From Cytophagales bacterium (lineage in GTDB: Bacteria; Bacteroidota; Bacteroidia; Cytophagales; MED-G16): a DNA stretch of 64,000 nucleotides. Position numbers and translations under genes: made by a program. The notes below the pieces were generated by a model. That model was given only the letters and a program-made list of their open reading frames with translations. It searched no databases and was not told where the DNA came from. The DNA lies in contig JBJLAJ010000001.1 of NCBI GenBank assembly GCA_045568775.1, positions 1,596-65,595 on the forward strand, read 5' to 3'. Each line of letters starts with the position of its first letter. The first letter of the stretch is position 1. Positions 19,716-32,095 of the stretch are shown here, piece after piece.

Positions 19716-20708
19716 ATGCAAAATAAAGAGCAAAATCTAGAGCCAATACTACAAGAGAACGCTGATAGATTTGTATTATTCCCAATTGAACATGATGATA
19801 TATGGCAATTTTATAAAAAAGCTGAAGCAAGTTTTTGGACTGCTGAAGAAATTGATTTAAGTCAAGATCTTAAAGACTGGGGTGAATTAAATGACGGAGA
19901 AAGACATTTTATAAAACACGTACTAGCATTTTTTGCAGCAAGTGATGGTATTGTTAACGAAAACCTTGCCGAACACTTTGTTTCTGATGTACAATACACC
20001 GAAGCCAAGTTCTTTTATGGCTTCCAAATCGCTATCGAAAATATTCACTCTGAAACATATTCTCTGCTAATAGATACATATGTTGACGATGCTAAAGAAA
20101 AAGATTCTTTGCTTCACGCCATTGAAACTCTTGACTGTGTTAAGAAAAAAGCAGACTGGGCACTGCGATGGATCGATAATGGCAGCTTTGCAGAAAGACT
20201 CATTGCATTTGCAGCTGTAGAAGGTATATTCTTTTCTGGAAGTTTTTGTTCAATTTTTTGGCTAAAGAAAAGAGGTTTAATGCCTGGACTTACCTTTTCA
20301 AATGAATTAATCTCAAGAGACGAAGGACTACATTGTGACTTTGCCTGCCATATATATACGAAACATATTGTAAACGCAATGCCAAAAGAAACTGTTATTG
20401 AAATAATAAAAGATGCAGTTGATTTAGAGAAGGAGTTTGTTACTGACGCCTTACCAGTAAAGCTAATTGGAATGAACTCTGACTTAATGTGTCAGTATAT
20501 AGAGTTTGTTGCAGACAGACTACTAGTTGAACTTGACTGTCCAAGAATATATAATTCTACCAATCCTTTTGATTTTATGGAAATGATCTCTCTACAAGGA
20601 AAAACTAACTTCTTTGAGAAGAGAGTTGCTGAGTATCAAAAGGCTGGAGTACTTAAAAAAGATGAAGATTCTGATAAACCAAAATTTTCATTGGAAGAAG
20701 ATTTTTAA
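19716..20708 (+). CDS. nrdB: Ribonucleotide reductase class Ia beta subunit
   Basis: [51 protein letters not shown]. Confidence 0.97.
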   Translation: MQNKEQNLEPILQENADRFVLFPIEHDDIWQFYKKAEASFWTAEEIDLSQDLKDWGELNDGERHFIKHVLAFFAASDGIVNENLAEHFVSDVQYTEAKFFYGFQIAIENIHSETYSLLIDTYVDDAKEKDSLLHAIETLDCVKKKADWALRWIDNGSFAERLIAFAAVEGIFFSGSFCSIFWLKKRGLMPGLTFSNELISRDEGLHCDFACHIYTKHIVNAMPKETVIEIIKDAVDLEKEFVTDALPVKLIGMNSDLMCQYIEFVADRLLVELDCPRIYNSTNPFDFMEMISLQGKTNFFEKRVAEYQKAGVLKKDEDSDKPKFSLEEDF

Positions 20709-20720
20709 AATTAGATTAGA

Positions 20721-23078
20721 ATGTTAGTAATAAAAAGAGACGGAAGAAAAGAATCAGTAAAATTTGATAAAATAACTGCTAGGATAGAAAAGCTAAGTTA
20801 TGGTTTGAATGCTGATTATGTAAAAACTATTGAAATAGCAAAAAAAGTTATTGATGGTCTTTATGATGGAGTTTCAACTCAAGAGCTTGATGAGTTAGCT
20901 GCTGAGACAGCCGCAACACTAACAACAAAGCATCCAGATTTTGCAACATTAGCTGCAAGAATTTCTGTTTCAAACTTACACAAGACAACAAGTAAATCTT
21001 TTTCAAGTACCATGAAAAGACTTTACACATATGTCAACCCAAAAACTGGTGAAAACGCGTCTTTATTATCTAAAGATGTTTATGGGATAATTAATAAAAA
21101 TGCAGCACTGTTAGATTCATCAATAATTTATGATAGAGATTTTAGTTATGATTATTTTGGTTTCAAAACATTAGAAAAATCATATTTATTAAAACTTGAT
21201 GGAAAAGTAGTAGAAAGGCCACAACACATGTTGATGCGAGTAGCTGTTGGTATTCATAAGGATGATATTGATTCTGTTCTTGAAACTTATAAGCTATTAT
21301 CAGAAAAATGGTTTACTCACGCAACACCTACCCTTTTTAATGCAGGCACACCAAAACCGCAACTTTCTTCATGTTTCTTATTAACAATGAAAGAAGATTC
21401 TATCGATGGAATTTACGATACCCTTAAGCAGTGTGCAAAAATATCACAATCTGCTGGAGGAATTGGATTAAGTGTTCATAATGTAAGAGCAACCGGTTCA
21501 TATATAAAGGGGACAAATGGGGTCTCAAATGGTATTATACCAATGTTAAGAAACTTTGATATGACGGCTAGATATGTCGACCAAGGTGGCGGGAAAAGAA
21601 AAGGAAGTTTTGCTATATATATCGAGCCTTGGCACTCTGATATTTTTGAATTTCTTCAGTTAAAGAAAAATCATGGCAAAGAAGAACTTAGGGCTAGAGA
21701 CTTATTCTATGCTATGTGGATACCTGATCTATTCATGAAGAGAGTAGAATCAAATGAAGAGTGGTCACTTTTTTCTCCCGATGAGGCAAAGGATCTCCAC
21801 GAAACATACGGGGAAGAATTCGAAAAATTATATGAAAAATACGAGAAAGAAGGAAAAGCAAGAAAAACCGTGAAAGCACAAGAGCTCTGGTTTGAAATTT
21901 TAGAATCTCAGATTGAAACTGGCAATCCATATATACTTTATAAAGACGCAGCAAATAAAAAATCTAATCAAAAAAATCTTGGAACAATAAAATCTTCAAA
22001 TCTTTGCACCGAAATTATTGAATATACATCACCAGATGAAATTGCAGTTTGTAATTTGGCATCTATAGCTCTTAATAAATTTGTTAAAGATGATTTAACA
22101 TATGACCACGAAAAACTTTATGAGATTACTAAAGTCATAACTAAGAATCTCAATAAAGTTATTGACGTAAATTATTATCCAGTAGAAGAAGCTAAAAACT
22201 CAAATCTAAGACACAGACCTATTGGGATTGGAGTACAAGGTTTAGCAGACACATTCATATTAATGAGGCAAGCTTTTGACTCACCTGAAGCTAAAAAATT
22301 AAACACAGAGATTTTTGAAACAATCTACTTTGCTGCAATGGAATCTTCAATGGAAATTGCACAAAAAAAAGGACCTTATAAAACATATGAGGGCTCTCCT
22401 GTTTCAAAAGGAATATTCCAATTTGATATGTGGGGGATAGCCCCAGACTCAAAAAGATGGGATTGGACAAAACTTAAGAGAGAAGTTAAAAAACATGGTG
22501 TCAGAAACTCTCTACTTCTAGCTCCGATGCCAACAGCATCTACATCTCAAATATTAGGTAATAATGAATGTTTTGAGCCATATACATCAAACATTTATAC
22601 TAGAAGAGTATTATCTGGAGAGTTTATAGTTGTAAATAAACACCTCCTTAAAGACCTGATAAAACTCAAGCTTTGGGATGATTCAATGAAAGACAGATTA
22701 ATGGAGGCAAACGGTTCAGTACAGGGAATAAATGAAATACCTGATGATATTAAGCAATTATATAGAACTGTCTGGGAGGTCTCTCAAAAAAGTATTATTG
22801 ATATGGCAGCTGATAGAGGAGCATATATTTGTCAAAGTCAAAGTATGAACATACATATGCAGGATGCAAACTTTGGAAAGCTCACTTCTATGCACTTCCA
22901 TGCTTGGAAAAAAGGACTGAAAACAGGGTTATACTATTTAAGAACAAAAGCAGCAGCTGACGCAATCAAGTTCACAATTGTTAAAGATGAAAAATCTATG
23001 GACAATGAAGAACAGAAACAAGCAGCTATTCAATGTTCAATTGACAACCAAGATGACTGCGAGATGTGTGGAAGTTAA
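20721..23078 (+). CDS. nrdA: Ribonucleotide reductase class Ia alpha subunit with ATP cone
   Basis: VIKRDGR ATP cone, LSSCFL, SNLCTEI, VCNLASI, GLYYLR, C-terminal CEMC. Confidence 0.97.
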   Translation: MLVIKRDGRKESVKFDKITARIEKLSYGLNADYVKTIEIAKKVIDGLYDGVSTQELDELAAETAATLTTKHPDFATLAARISVSNLHKTTSKSFSSTMKRLYTYVNPKTGENASLLSKDVYGIINKNAALLDSSIIYDRDFSYDYFGFKTLEKSYLLKLDGKVVERPQHMLMRVAVGIHKDDIDSVLETYKLLSEKWFTHATPTLFNAGTPKPQLSSCFLLTMKEDSIDGIYDTLKQCAKISQSAGGIGLSVHNVRATGSYIKGTNGVSNGIIPMLRNFDMTARYVDQGGGKRKGSFAIYIEPWHSDIFEFLQLKKNHGKEELRARDLFYAMWIPDLFMKRVESNEEWSLFSPDEAKDLHETYGEEFEKLYEKYEKEGKARKTVKAQELWFEILESQIETGNPYILYKDAANKKSNQKNLGTIKSSNLCTEIIEYTSPDEIAVCNLASIALNKFVKDDLTYDHEKLYEITKVITKNLNKVIDVNYYPVEEAKNSNLRHRPIGIGVQGLADTFILMRQAFDSPEAKKLNTEIFETIYFAAMESSMEIAQKKGPYKTYEGSPVSKGIFQFDMWGIAPDSKRWDWTKLKREVKKHGVRNSLLLAPMPTASTSQILGNNECFEPYTSNIYTRRVLSGEFIVVNKHLLKDLIKLKLWDDSMKDRLMEANGSVQGINEIPDDIKQLYRTVWEVSQKSIIDMAADRGAYICQSQSMNIHMQDANFGKLTSMHFHAWKKGLKTGLYYLRTKAAADAIKFTIVKDEKSMDNEEQKQAAIQCSIDNQDDCEMCGS

Positions 23079-23102
23079 AAAACCCTACAATTAATATAAA
23101 CA

Positions 23103-24110
23103 TCACTCATATATATTAATTTCATCATTGATTTTATCAGAAGTAAATGTTTTAATGTTTCCGTTTATATCCTTATAAATTAAAAACCCATCAATTTTAT
23201 CATTTGAGTTTAAAATGATTTTCGATTTTTCATATCCCAGAACCATGAATGCAGTAGAATAGGCATCAGCTAAAAAACAGCTACTAGAAAAAACCGATGA
23301 GCTTATCATGTTTGAATATGATGGGTATCCAGAATTAGGATCTATCGTATGAAAGATAATGCTGTCTCCTGAAAAATAATAATTTCTATAATTTCCAGAA
23401 GTGGCAACTGACATATCCTTCAGTGGAACTGAAGCAATTAATTCATTTTCTGACTCTGATGGTCTATTAATTCCTACTCGCCAATAATTATCTTTTAAAT
23501 TTTTTCCCTTAGACCTAACCTCTCCTCCAATTTCAATAAAAAAATTATTAATACCTTTTAGTAATAAATAATCAGAAATAATATCTACAGCATATCCTTT
23601 AGCTATAGAACTAAAATCTAGGTATGTTTCTTTGTGTTTTTTGTAGAGATAATTCTCATCAAATATTAGTTTATCAAAGCCAACAAAGTTTTTTAATTTA
23701 TTTATTTGATAACTGGTTGGAAGTTGATTTTTTTTATCAGGCCCAAAACCCCAGGCATTAACTAAGGGGCCAATGGTTGGATCAAATGCTCCACCTGTTA
23801 TTTCAAACACATCTTTACTGTGTTTTAATAAAAAATAAAAATCTGGAGATATCTCTATTTTGCCCTCAGAGCTGTTTATTTGAGATATCTCAGATGTGGA
23901 AATATACGTTGAAAAAGTATTATTGAAATTTATTAAAATAGAATCAACTTCTTTTTTATAAATAGACTTGGCATCAGATATGTATTTTAAATTGTATGGG
24001 ATACTTCCCATTGTAAAACCTGATACTACAATTTCTTTTTTTACTTTTCTCTCAGAAATCAAAAAGACTATTATTAAAACAAAAACCAGAAACATTACAA
24101 ATCGACGCAT
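23103..24110 (-). CDS. apbE: FAD:protein FMN transferase
   Basis: GAFDPTIGPL, LDFSSIAKGYAVD, EIGGE, ATSGNYRN, ADAYSTA. Confidence 0.93.
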   Translation of the reverse strand: MRRFVMFLVFVLIIVFLISERKVKKEIVVSGFTMGSIPYNLKYISDAKSIYKKEVDSILINFNNTFSTYISTSEISQINSSEGKIEISPDFYFLLKHSKDVFEITGGAFDPTIGPLVNAWGFGPDKKNQLPTSYQINKLKNFVGFDKLIFDENYLYKKHKETYLDFSSIAKGYAVDIISDYLLLKGINNFFIEIGGEVRSKGKNLKDNYWRVGINRPSESENELIASVPLKDMSVATSGNYRNYYFSGDSIIFHTIDPNSGYPSYSNMISSSVFSSSCFLADAYSTAFMVLGYEKSKIILNSNDKIDGFLIYKDINGNIKTFTSDKINDEINIYE

Positions 24111-24139
24111 AAAAAATAATTAAATTAGCATTATATAGT

Positions 24140-25168
24140 ATGAGAGAAGATTACTTAAGTTCAGAAAATCATTCAAGCTCTAAAGATAAAGAATTTGAAA
24201 ATATTTTAAGACCAAAATCATTCAGTGATTTCCTTGGTCAAGATCAAATTTTGAAAAACATTAAGGTTTTTGTGAAAGCTGCAAAACAAAGATCGGAGCC
24301 ATTAGATCATGTGATTCTTCATGGGCCTCCAGGTTTAGGAAAGACAACATTATCACATATTATCTCAAATGAAATGTCATCATCACTTAAAGTCACTTCA
24401 GGTCCTGTTTTAGAGAAAGCTGGGGATTTAGCAGGCTTACTTACTAATTTAGAAGAAGGAGATGTGTTATTTATAGATGAGATACATAGATTAAATAAAG
24501 TTATTGAAGAGTATTTATATTCAGCAATGGAAGATTTTAAAATAGATTTAATGATAGATTCAGGGCCAAGTGCTAGATCGGTTCAAATTAAATTAAATCC
24601 ATTTACATTAATTGGAGCAACAACCAGATCGGGTTTATTATCATCTCCTCTTAGGTCTAGGTTTTCAATAAATTTCAGGTTAGAGTATTATGATAAAAAA
24701 ATATTAGAGAATATTGTTAATAGATCAGCCAAAATATTGGGCATACCTATTGACAAAAAAGCTGCTTCTGAAATATCTAAAAGAAGTAGGGGAACCCCAA
24801 GAATCTTGAATAATCTACTAAGAAGAGTAAGAGACTTTGCTGAGGTAGAAGGAGATGGAAAAATTACTCATAAAATAGCAATGAAAAGTTTAGATGCTTT
24901 AAAAATTGATAAAAAGGGTTTAGACGAAATGGATAATAAAATTATTGAGTCTATTGTAAAAAAATTTAATGGTGGCCCGGTTGGAATAAAAACAATAGCC
25001 ACATCATGTGGGGAGGAGGCAAATACCATCGAAGAAGTTTACGAACCTTTCCTTGTTCAGGAAGGCTATATTAAGAGAACACAAAAAGGAAGAGTTGCTA
25101 CTAAATCTAGTTATGATCACCTAGGTATAAATCCTGATGGAGGTTTTCAAAATTCAATTTTTGAGTGA
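24140..25168 (+). CDS. ruvB: Holliday junction branch migration helicase RuvB
   Basis: [39 protein letters not shown]. Confidence 0.97.
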   Translation: MREDYLSSENHSSSKDKEFENILRPKSFSDFLGQDQILKNIKVFVKAAKQRSEPLDHVILHGPPGLGKTTLSHIISNEMSSSLKVTSGPVLEKAGDLAGLLTNLEEGDVLFIDEIHRLNKVIEEYLYSAMEDFKIDLMIDSGPSARSVQIKLNPFTLIGATTRSGLLSSPLRSRFSINFRLEYYDKKILENIVNRSAKILGIPIDKKAASEISKRSRGTPRILNNLLRRVRDFAEVEGDGKITHKIAMKSLDALKIDKKGLDEMDNKIIESIVKKFNGGPVGIKTIATSCGEEANTIEEVYEPFLVQEGYIKRTQKGRVATKSSYDHLGINPDGGFQNSIFE

Positions 25169-26082
25169 AAAAAAGTAAGTCAGACACAATAAAAGAAATA
25201 TCAAAAAAACTTGGATTCTCCAGCTGTGGTATTTCTAAGGCAAGGTTTCTAAAGGAAGAGGAAAGAAAATTTGAGGAGTGGTTAAAAAATGGCTACCAGG
25301 GCAAGATGTCATATCTAGAAAAAAATTTTGACAAAAGATTAGATCCAACAAAATTAGTTCCTGGGGCTAAATCCGTTATTTCATTATCATATAATTATTA
25401 CCCATCGACAAAACTTAGAGAATCAAATAATTTTATTATCTCAAAATATGCATATGGGAAAGATTATCACTATGTAATAAAAAAGAAATTAAAAGAGCTT
25501 CTATTAAGAATAAAAGAAAAATATGGAGATTTTGAAGGCAGAGTTTTTGTAGATTCTGCACCAGTGCATGAACGAGCATGGGCAAAATTGAGTGGACTTG
25601 GTTGGATAGGAAAAAATTCTCTTTTAATTAATAAAAGAATGGGGAGTTATTTTTTTTTAGCTGAAATAATATGTGACCTGAAATTAGACTATGATAATGA
25701 AGTAAGTGACCATTGTGGTAAGTGTACAAAATGTATTGATGCGTGTCCAACTGATGCAATTAGAGAAGCTCAAGTAATTGATGCAAATAAATGTATATCA
25801 TACCTTACCATCGAAAACAAAGAAAATATTCCCGCTGAATTTAATAAACAATTAAATGATTTTATTTTCGGTTGTGATATATGTCAAGATGTATGTCCCT
25901 GGAATAGATTTTCACAACCACACAATGAAAAACAATTTAACCCAAAAAGTGAGCTAATAGAATTCACAAAAAAAGACTGGAAGGAGCTTACTAAAGAAAC
26001 TTTTGATATAATATTTAAAGATTCAGCTGTGAAGAGAGCTAAGTTTAAGGGTATCAAGAGAAATATATTTTCAGCATCTTAA
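25165..26082 (+). CDS. queG: Epoxyqueuosine reductase
   Basis: [42 protein letters not shown]. Confidence 0.95.
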   Translation: MKKSKSDTIKEISKKLGFSSCGISKARFLKEEERKFEEWLKNGYQGKMSYLEKNFDKRLDPTKLVPGAKSVISLSYNYYPSTKLRESNNFIISKYAYGKDYHYVIKKKLKELLLRIKEKYGDFEGRVFVDSAPVHERAWAKLSGLGWIGKNSLLINKRMGSYFFLAEIICDLKLDYDNEVSDHCGKCTKCIDACPTDAIREAQVIDANKCISYLTIENKENIPAEFNKQLNDFIFGCDICQDVCPWNRFSQPHNEKQFNPKSELIEFTKKDWKELTKETFDIIFKDSAVKRAKFKGIKRNIFSAS

Positions 26083-26141
26083 TTTAACCTTTTTTAATTT
26101 TTAATATTAAAACTTGATTTGTCATTTTACTAAATTTGAGA

Positions 26142-27605
26142 ATGTTTTTAGGTAAAGTAAGACCCCTTTTTTTGGTTACATGTTTTTTATTAAACACCAC
26201 TAAATTGTTTTCTCAGGATATTGATGTAAAAATATCACCAGAAAACTTATCTATAAGTAACACATTACAAATCACCTTAACTATTAAAAACGAACAAATT
26301 AAAAGCTATGGTCAATTTCCTGAGATAAAGGGATTTAGAAAGTCAAGTATCTCCTCTTCAAGCTCTACAAATTTTATAAATGGCAAGAGGTCAAGTTCAC
26401 AAAGTATCATTCAAAATTATACAGCAACAGAAACAGGAACTTTTTTTATTGACTCTTTTACAATTGAAATTAATGGAAAAAAAGTTAGTGTTAAAGGTAG
26501 AAAGTTAGAAGTAGATGATTCATATAATGAACCAAAACAATCACCCTTCAATAATTTTTTTGATCCCTTCGATGATCCTTTTGATAATTTCTTTGATAGA
26601 AACAATGAAGAATACTATGAAGTAGAAGCAGATGCTTTTCTTAGCTTAAATACAAACAAAAAAAATGTATATGTTGGTGAAGGTTTCAATACCACTCTTT
26701 CTTTCTATGTAAGTGAAAACAACGTGGCAGATATGAGATTTTATGAACTAGGGAAACAACTTACAGAAATAATTAAAAAAATTAAACCAGCTAATTGTTG
26801 GGAAGAAAATTTTAACATTGAAAATATTAACAGCATGCCTGTAGTTATAAATAATAAAAGATATAATCAGTATAAGATTTTTGAGGCAACATATTATCCA
26901 CTTAATAATGAAACCATTAAATTCCCTAAACTTGAACTAGAATTAATTAAATATAAAATATCAAAACGACCTTCTTTTTTTGGCAGAAATAAAGTTGAAG
27001 ATTATGAAAAATTTTATTCTAAACCATTAAATGTATCAGTTAGAAAACTACCCCCTCATCCCCTAAAAGAAACTATTTCTGTTGGGAACTTTATCTTGAA
27101 AGAAAAAGTTAACAGCAATAAGGTTAATACTGGAGATGATTTTACTTACGACTTTGAAATTGTGGGAGAAGGAAATATTTCTGCAATAAGCGAACCAAAC
27201 ATTGAAATAAAAGAAATTGATTTTTATCCTCCTAACACACAGCAAAACATAAGAAGAGAAAAAAGTAAAGTTTATGGGTCAAAAAAATTCAGCTATTATG
27301 CAATCCCTAATGAACCAGGTGAATATGACCTGTCAAAAAGTATTGAGTGGATATATTTTGACCCAAAACAAAACAAATACGATACCCTAAGAACAGACAT
27401 AAATTTATTGGTAACCGGAGAGAGTCAAAAATATAATTTTATAAAATCTAAAGACACAAATCCAATCCTTGAAGCAATTAATAAAGAGAGTAATAAACTC
27501 ATTTCAAATAAAAATCAACTTAACATTAATATCATTCTAAATATTATTACTTTAACTTTAATTATTGTATTTAGCTTATTTCTATTAAGGAAAAAATATG
27601 AGTAA
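26142..27605 (+). CDS. BatD family protein
   Basis: Signal peptide, [26 protein letters not shown]-terminal TM helix; start uncertain (TTG 26136 or ATG 26142). Confidence 0.8.
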   Translation: MFLGKVRPLFLVTCFLLNTTKLFSQDIDVKISPENLSISNTLQITLTIKNEQIKSYGQFPEIKGFRKSSISSSSSTNFINGKRSSSQSIIQNYTATETGTFFIDSFTIEINGKKVSVKGRKLEVDDSYNEPKQSPFNNFFDPFDDPFDNFFDRNNEEYYEVEADAFLSLNTNKKNVYVGEGFNTTLSFYVSENNVADMRFYELGKQLTEIIKKIKPANCWEENFNIENINSMPVVINNKRYNQYKIFEATYYPLNNETIKFPKLELELIKYKISKRPSFFGRNKVEDYEKFYSKPLNVSVRKLPPHPLKETISVGNFILKEKVNSNKVNTGDDFTYDFEIVGEGNISAISEPNIEIKEIDFYPPNTQQNIRREKSKVYGSKKFSYYAIPNEPGEYDLSKSIEWIYFDPKQNKYDTLRTDINLLVTGESQKYNFIKSKDTNPILEAINKESNKLISNKNQLNINIILNIITLTLIIVFSLFLLRKKYE

Positions 27606-28665
27606 TACGTTTGGAAAAATTTATAAGATATCTACTTACGGTGAGTCACATGGGAAAGCCATAGGTGTTATAATAGATGGCTGCCCTTCCGGAATAGAAG
27701 TAAATGAAAAAGATATTCAGAAAGAACTTGACAGAAGGAAGCCTGGTCAATCAAAAATTACTACTCAAAGAAAAGAAGACGACAACATAGAAATTTTATC
27801 AGGTATTTTTAATGGAAAGACTACTGGCTCACCAATAAGTTTGATTATAAAAAATAAAGATCAGAAAAGTAGTGACTATAATCATATTTCCACATCATTT
27901 AGACCTTCGCATGCAGATTTCACGTACCATAAAAAATATAAAAATAGAGATCATAGAGGAGGAGGGAGAAGCTCTGCTAGAGAAACCGCTAATTGGGTAG
28001 CTGCAGGGGCCATTTCAAAAAAAATTCTTCATGATTTAAAAATAAAAATTCATGCCTATGTTTCTAAGGTTGGAAAATTAGAATTAAATAAGACATATAA
28101 TGAATTGGATTTTGATAATACTGAAAATAATATCGTAAGATGCCCAGATAATAAATTTGCAGAAAAGTTCATATCTATAATTGATGATGCTAGAAAAAAC
28201 AGAGATACAGTTGGGGGAGTTATTACATGTGTAATCAAAGGTTGCCCAATTGGAATAGGAGAACCAATATTTAGAAAGCTACATGCGGAGTTAGGAATGG
28301 CTATGTTATCTATAAATGCAGTAAAAGGTTTTGAATATGGAAGCGGATTCAAAGGAGTAGAAATGTTTGGATCTGAACATAATGATGAATTTCAAATAAA
28401 AAGTGGTAAAATAAGTACAAAATCAAATAATTCTGGCGGAATACAAGGAGGAATTAGCAATGGTGAAGACATTTATTTTAATGTTGCCTTTAAACCAGTT
28501 TCTACTATAATGAAAGATCAAGATAGTATTGATAGCAATAATAAAAATACAATAATTAAAGGTAAAGGGAGACATGACCCATGTGTAGTCCCTAGAGCTG
28601 TACCAATTGTTGAATCAATGGCTTCAAATGTTTTAGTTGATTTATATTTACAAAGTAAAAAATAA
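27598..28665 (+). CDS. aroC: Chorismate synthase
   Basis: [42 protein letters not shown]. Confidence 0.97.
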   Translation: MSNTFGKIYKISTYGESHGKAIGVIIDGCPSGIEVNEKDIQKELDRRKPGQSKITTQRKEDDNIEILSGIFNGKTTGSPISLIIKNKDQKSSDYNHISTSFRPSHADFTYHKKYKNRDHRGGGRSSARETANWVAAGAISKKILHDLKIKIHAYVSKVGKLELNKTYNELDFDNTENNIVRCPDNKFAEKFISIIDDARKNRDTVGGVITCVIKGCPIGIGEPIFRKLHAELGMAMLSINAVKGFEYGSGFKGVEMFGSEHNDEFQIKSGKISTKSNNSGGIQGGISNGEDIYFNVAFKPVSTIMKDQDSIDSNNKNTIIKGKGRHDPCVVPRAVPIVESMASNVLVDLYLQSKK

Positions 28666-28670
28666 ACTAT

Positions 28671-29960
28671 ATGGCTTTACATTCTAAAATAATTCTGGGT
28701 TTAGTTTTTGGATTGATTCTTGGGATCGTATCTGTATTTATCGGTATAGGTGAATTTATTTCGGATTGGATTATGCCTTTTGGGACAATATTTGTGAAAA
28801 TGTTGAAGTTAGTTGCTGTACCACTAATTTTAGTTTCTCTTGTGTCAGGAATATCAAATTTGAGAGATACAACTAAGCTTTCAAGAATTGGAGGAAAGAC
28901 ATTTGGAATTTATATTATGACAACAATTTCTGCTATAATCTTAGCTTTAATTCTTGCAAACACCTTACAGCCTGGGGAATATTTTCCAGAAGAAAAAACA
29001 ATAGAACTAAAAGAAAAATATGCCTCAGATGCATCAATGAAAATATCAAGTGCAAAGGGTGTAAAAGAATCTGGACCACTTCAAATGATGATAGATGTCG
29101 TTCCAGATAATTTTTTTTATTCAGCTAGCAATAACAGGAATATGTTACAAATAATATTTTTTGCTGTATTATTTGGGATAGCTCTTGTGTTATCATCCCC
29201 TCAAAAAACCGCTCCTATTAAAAAAGCATTTGATGGTTTAAATGAAATAATAATTAAGATTGTTGAGATAATTATGGAATATGCTCCAATTGGTGTTTTT
29301 GCTCTTCTTGCAGGACTAATAGTGGATTTGGCTGGAGATGATCCAAATAATATAATTACTACTTTAACCCCTTTACTTTATTATGCATTAACTGTTATCA
29401 TTGGCCTAGCATTCATGGTATTTGTTTTCTATCCAATAATTATTTTTTCATTTACTGGAGTTACGTTTAAAAAGTTTTTAAAAGCAATTTTTCCAGCTCA
29501 AATGTTAGCATTTTCAACTAGTTCTAGTGCCGCTACACTTCCGGTTACAATGAAAAGAGTAGAAAAAAACTTAAATGTTTCTGATGAGGTCACAAGTTTT
29601 GTTTGTCCTCTTGGAGCAACAATTAACATGGACGGAACAAGTATTCATCAGGCAATTTCAGCTGTTTTTATTGCACAAGCTTTTGGTCAAGATTTAACAC
29701 TTGTTGATCAACTAGCAATTGTTCTGACAGCAACACTCTCATCTATTGGTGCTGCTGCTGTTCCGGGAGCGGGACTAATTATGTTAGTTATAGTATTAGG
29801 AGCAATTGGGATTGATCCGCAGGGTCTAGCATTAATTATTGCAATCGATAGACCTCTTGATATGTTGAGAACAGTTGTTAATGTAACCGGTGATGCAACC
29901 GTAGCAAGTGTTGTTGCTTCTAGTGAAGGAGAAAATGTTAAATATAAAGAAAATGAATAA
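28671..29960 (+). CDS. Dicarboxylate/amino acid:cation symporter (GltP-like)
   Basis: AFSTSSSAATLP, LGATINMDGT, AAAVPGAG, LDMLRTVVNVTGD. Confidence 0.94.
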   Translation: MALHSKIILGLVFGLILGIVSVFIGIGEFISDWIMPFGTIFVKMLKLVAVPLILVSLVSGISNLRDTTKLSRIGGKTFGIYIMTTISAIILALILANTLQPGEYFPEEKTIELKEKYASDASMKISSAKGVKESGPLQMMIDVVPDNFFYSASNNRNMLQIIFFAVLFGIALVLSSPQKTAPIKKAFDGLNEIIIKIVEIIMEYAPIGVFALLAGLIVDLAGDDPNNIITTLTPLLYYALTVIIGLAFMVFVFYPIIIFSFTGVTFKKFLKAIFPAQMLAFSTSSSAATLPVTMKRVEKNLNVSDEVTSFVCPLGATINMDGTSIHQAISAVFIAQAFGQDLTLVDQLAIVLTATLSSIGAAAVPGAGLIMLVIVLGAIGIDPQGLALIIAIDRPLDMLRTVVNVTGDATVASVVASSEGENVKYKENE

Positions 29961-30516
29961 CGTAAATATATATTTAGAAGCTAACCCCAATCCTAATTCA
30001 CTAAAGTTTGTTACTGATAGAATGCTAGTTGATGAGGGTGTAGTTAAAGACTATCCAGACGCAGAGAGCACCAAAGATTCTCCAATTGCAAAAAAATTAT
30101 TTTCTTTTGATTATGTAGATAGGGTTTTTATAATGAGTAATTTCATAACAATAACAAAAAACAATCAAGTTCACTGGGATAATATCAAGCTTGAATTAAG
30201 AAATTTTATAAAAAAACATATTGAAGACGGGAATAAAATAGTTGAAATTAAACCTCAAGAAAAAAAGAAGTTATCATCAAATAAAGAAATTGATAAAAAA
30301 ATAATCAACATTTTGGATGAATATATAAAGCCAGCAGTTGAACAAGATGGCGGAGCTATTCAATTTGAGTCTTTTAAAAAAGGAACAGTTAAAGTTTCCC
30401 TACAAGGAGCTTGCAGTGGTTGTCCTTCGTCAATGATTACACTAAAATCAGGTATAGAGAAACTTCTTAAGAGGTTTGTTCCAGAAGTTAAAGAAGTAGT
30501 GGCTGAAGAAGTATAA
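29953..30516 (+). CDS. NifU/Nfu family Fe-S carrier (Nfu_N plus NifU-C)
   Basis: EANPNPNSLKF, QDGG, LQGACSGCPSS; ATG at 29953. Confidence 0.92.
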   Translation: MNNVNIYLEANPNPNSLKFVTDRMLVDEGVVKDYPDAESTKDSPIAKKLFSFDYVDRVFIMSNFITITKNNQVHWDNIKLELRNFIKKHIEDGNKIVEIKPQEKKKLSSNKEIDKKIINILDEYIKPAVEQDGGAIQFESFKKGTVKVSLQGACSGCPSSMITLKSGIEKLLKRFVPEVKEVVAEEV

Positions 30517-30517
30517 T

Positions 30518-31978
30518 TTAAACTCTAACTGACCATTCAGTTGTGCCATCTGGATTATCTTTCAAGTCAATGCCTTCAGTGTTAAGTTTATCCCTAATTT
30601 TATCAGATAAAGTATAATCTTTTTGTATTCTAGCATTATCTCTCTTTTCAATTGCATCCTCTATATCCGCAACATCAATGTTCTTATTTTTTAATATTAA
30701 AAGATTTAAATCTAAAATAAAGTCCTTTTTAGGCTCTTGGAATAAACCTAAAAAACCCCCATACATATTAAAAAAATCTAATAAACAAATAGAAAAATAT
30801 TTTAACTCTCCTGATGGCTTTTTATTTACAGCTTCAAGATTAAATTTTCTAACCATATCAAAAACTACAGAGAAAAAGCCTGGAGTATTTAAATCATTAT
30901 TTATAAAACCAGAAGCTTTTTTAGAGTAGGATTCAAATTCGTTTTTATATTCTTTGGACTCTTTAACTTCAATCTTTGAGTGAGATAAATTTTCTGCTAA
31001 ACTCAAGGCAGAATATATTTTTATAAGATTAATTATAGTTTGACTAATTAATTTTTTATTAAAATTTAATATTGATCTATAGTGTACACTAAGTATCAAA
31101 AACTTAAAAATTTCAGAATTATAGTCATTTATAAAATCTCTTCCTTTTATAATATTTCCTAATGACTTTGACATCTTTTGATTATCAAAATTTATTAGGT
31201 TATTATGAACCCAAAAGTTTGCAAAATTAGTTGAACTTCTGCTTTCAGATTGGGCTATTTCATTTTCATGATGAGGAAATAATAAATCAACTCCTCCTCC
31301 GTGAATATCAATTTTTGAGCCAAGTAATTTCTTGGACATAGCGGAACACTCAATATGCCAACCAGGCCTTCCTATACCCCAAGGCGAATCCCAGCCTGGA
31401 TCATCCTCAGAGGATGGCTTCCAAAGAACAAAGTCAAGAGGGTTTTTTTTATCATCGTTTACTTTTACTCTGTGTCCAGCTAGTAAATCATCAGTGTTCT
31501 TTCCAGACAATTTTCCATAATCTTTATGTTTTTCAATTGAAAAAAAAACGCTTCCTTTAGATGTATATGCAAACCTTTTATCAATTAATTCCTCTATAAA
31601 AGAAATGATATCATCAATGTGTTCAGTACATTTAGGTGAAAACGATGGTAAATTAATTTTTAATGATTTATAATCTTTCTCAAATTCTTTAATATATTTT
31701 TCAGATATTTCTTTGGTAGTCTTGTTTTCTAGTTTTGATTTATTAATGATTTTATCATCTATATCAGTATAGTTATAGATATAGTTTACTTTATAACCTA
31801 AATACTCTAGCCAATTTCTTAAAAAGTTAAAAAAAATAGGTCCTCTAAAATTACCAACATGAAGTAAATCATATACTGTTGGGCCACATACATACATTGA
31901 AACTTTTCCTTTTTCATTTGAAATAAAGGTTTCTTTTTTTGTGCCTAAAGAATTAAATAATTTAAGAGAGTCTTTCAT
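30518..31978 (-). CDS. cysS: Cysteine--tRNA ligase
   Basis: YVCGPTVY, HVGN, GRPGWHIECSAM, FPHHENE, KMSKSLGN. Confidence 0.97.
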   Translation of the reverse strand: MKDSLKLFNSLGTKKETFISNEKGKVSMYVCGPTVYDLLHVGNFRGPIFFNFLRNWLEYLGYKVNYIYNYTDIDDKIINKSKLENKTTKEISEKYIKEFEKDYKSLKINLPSFSPKCTEHIDDIISFIEELIDKRFAYTSKGSVFFSIEKHKDYGKLSGKNTDDLLAGHRVKVNDDKKNPLDFVLWKPSSEDDPGWDSPWGIGRPGWHIECSAMSKKLLGSKIDIHGGGVDLLFPHHENEIAQSESRSSTNFANFWVHNNLINFDNQKMSKSLGNIIKGRDFINDYNSEIFKFLILSVHYRSILNFNKKLISQTIINLIKIYSALSLAENLSHSKIEVKESKEYKNEFESYSKKASGFINNDLNTPGFFSVVFDMVRKFNLEAVNKKPSGELKYFSICLLDFFNMYGGFLGLFQEPKKDFILDLNLLILKNKNIDVADIEDAIEKRDNARIQKDYTLSDKIRDKLNTEGIDLKDNPDGTTEWSVRV

Positions 31979-32008
31979 GTCTATTGTTTTGCTTTTTTTA
32001 AGGCAAAG

Positions 32009-32039
32009 TTTGTCTTCTATTTAAAAAAAGTTAAGTTTG
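32009..32039 (+). promoter_or_regulatory. nusA-infB promoter
   Basis: TTTG-N19-TAAGTTTG exact consensus. Confidence 0.85.
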
Positions 32040-32060
32040 CGTACTAATTTAATTGGAAGC

Positions 32061-32085
32061 GGGGACATTTGTCCCCATTTTTTTT
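32061..32085 (+). terminator. Leader attenuator hairpin (rimP/nusA-leader type)
   Basis: GGGGAC-attt-GTCCCC-A-T8 between promoter and nusA ATG. Confidence 0.75.
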
Positions 32086-32095
32086 GAAAAATATT

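Noticed and set aside
19716-23078. Eukaryote-like NrdA/NrdB sequences
   Set aside because: This class Ia subtype is known in aerobic Bacteroidota; no intein or intron seen
26540-26600. [18 protein letters not shown] repeat in BatD
   Set aside because: Common low-complexity linker in BatD-type proteins
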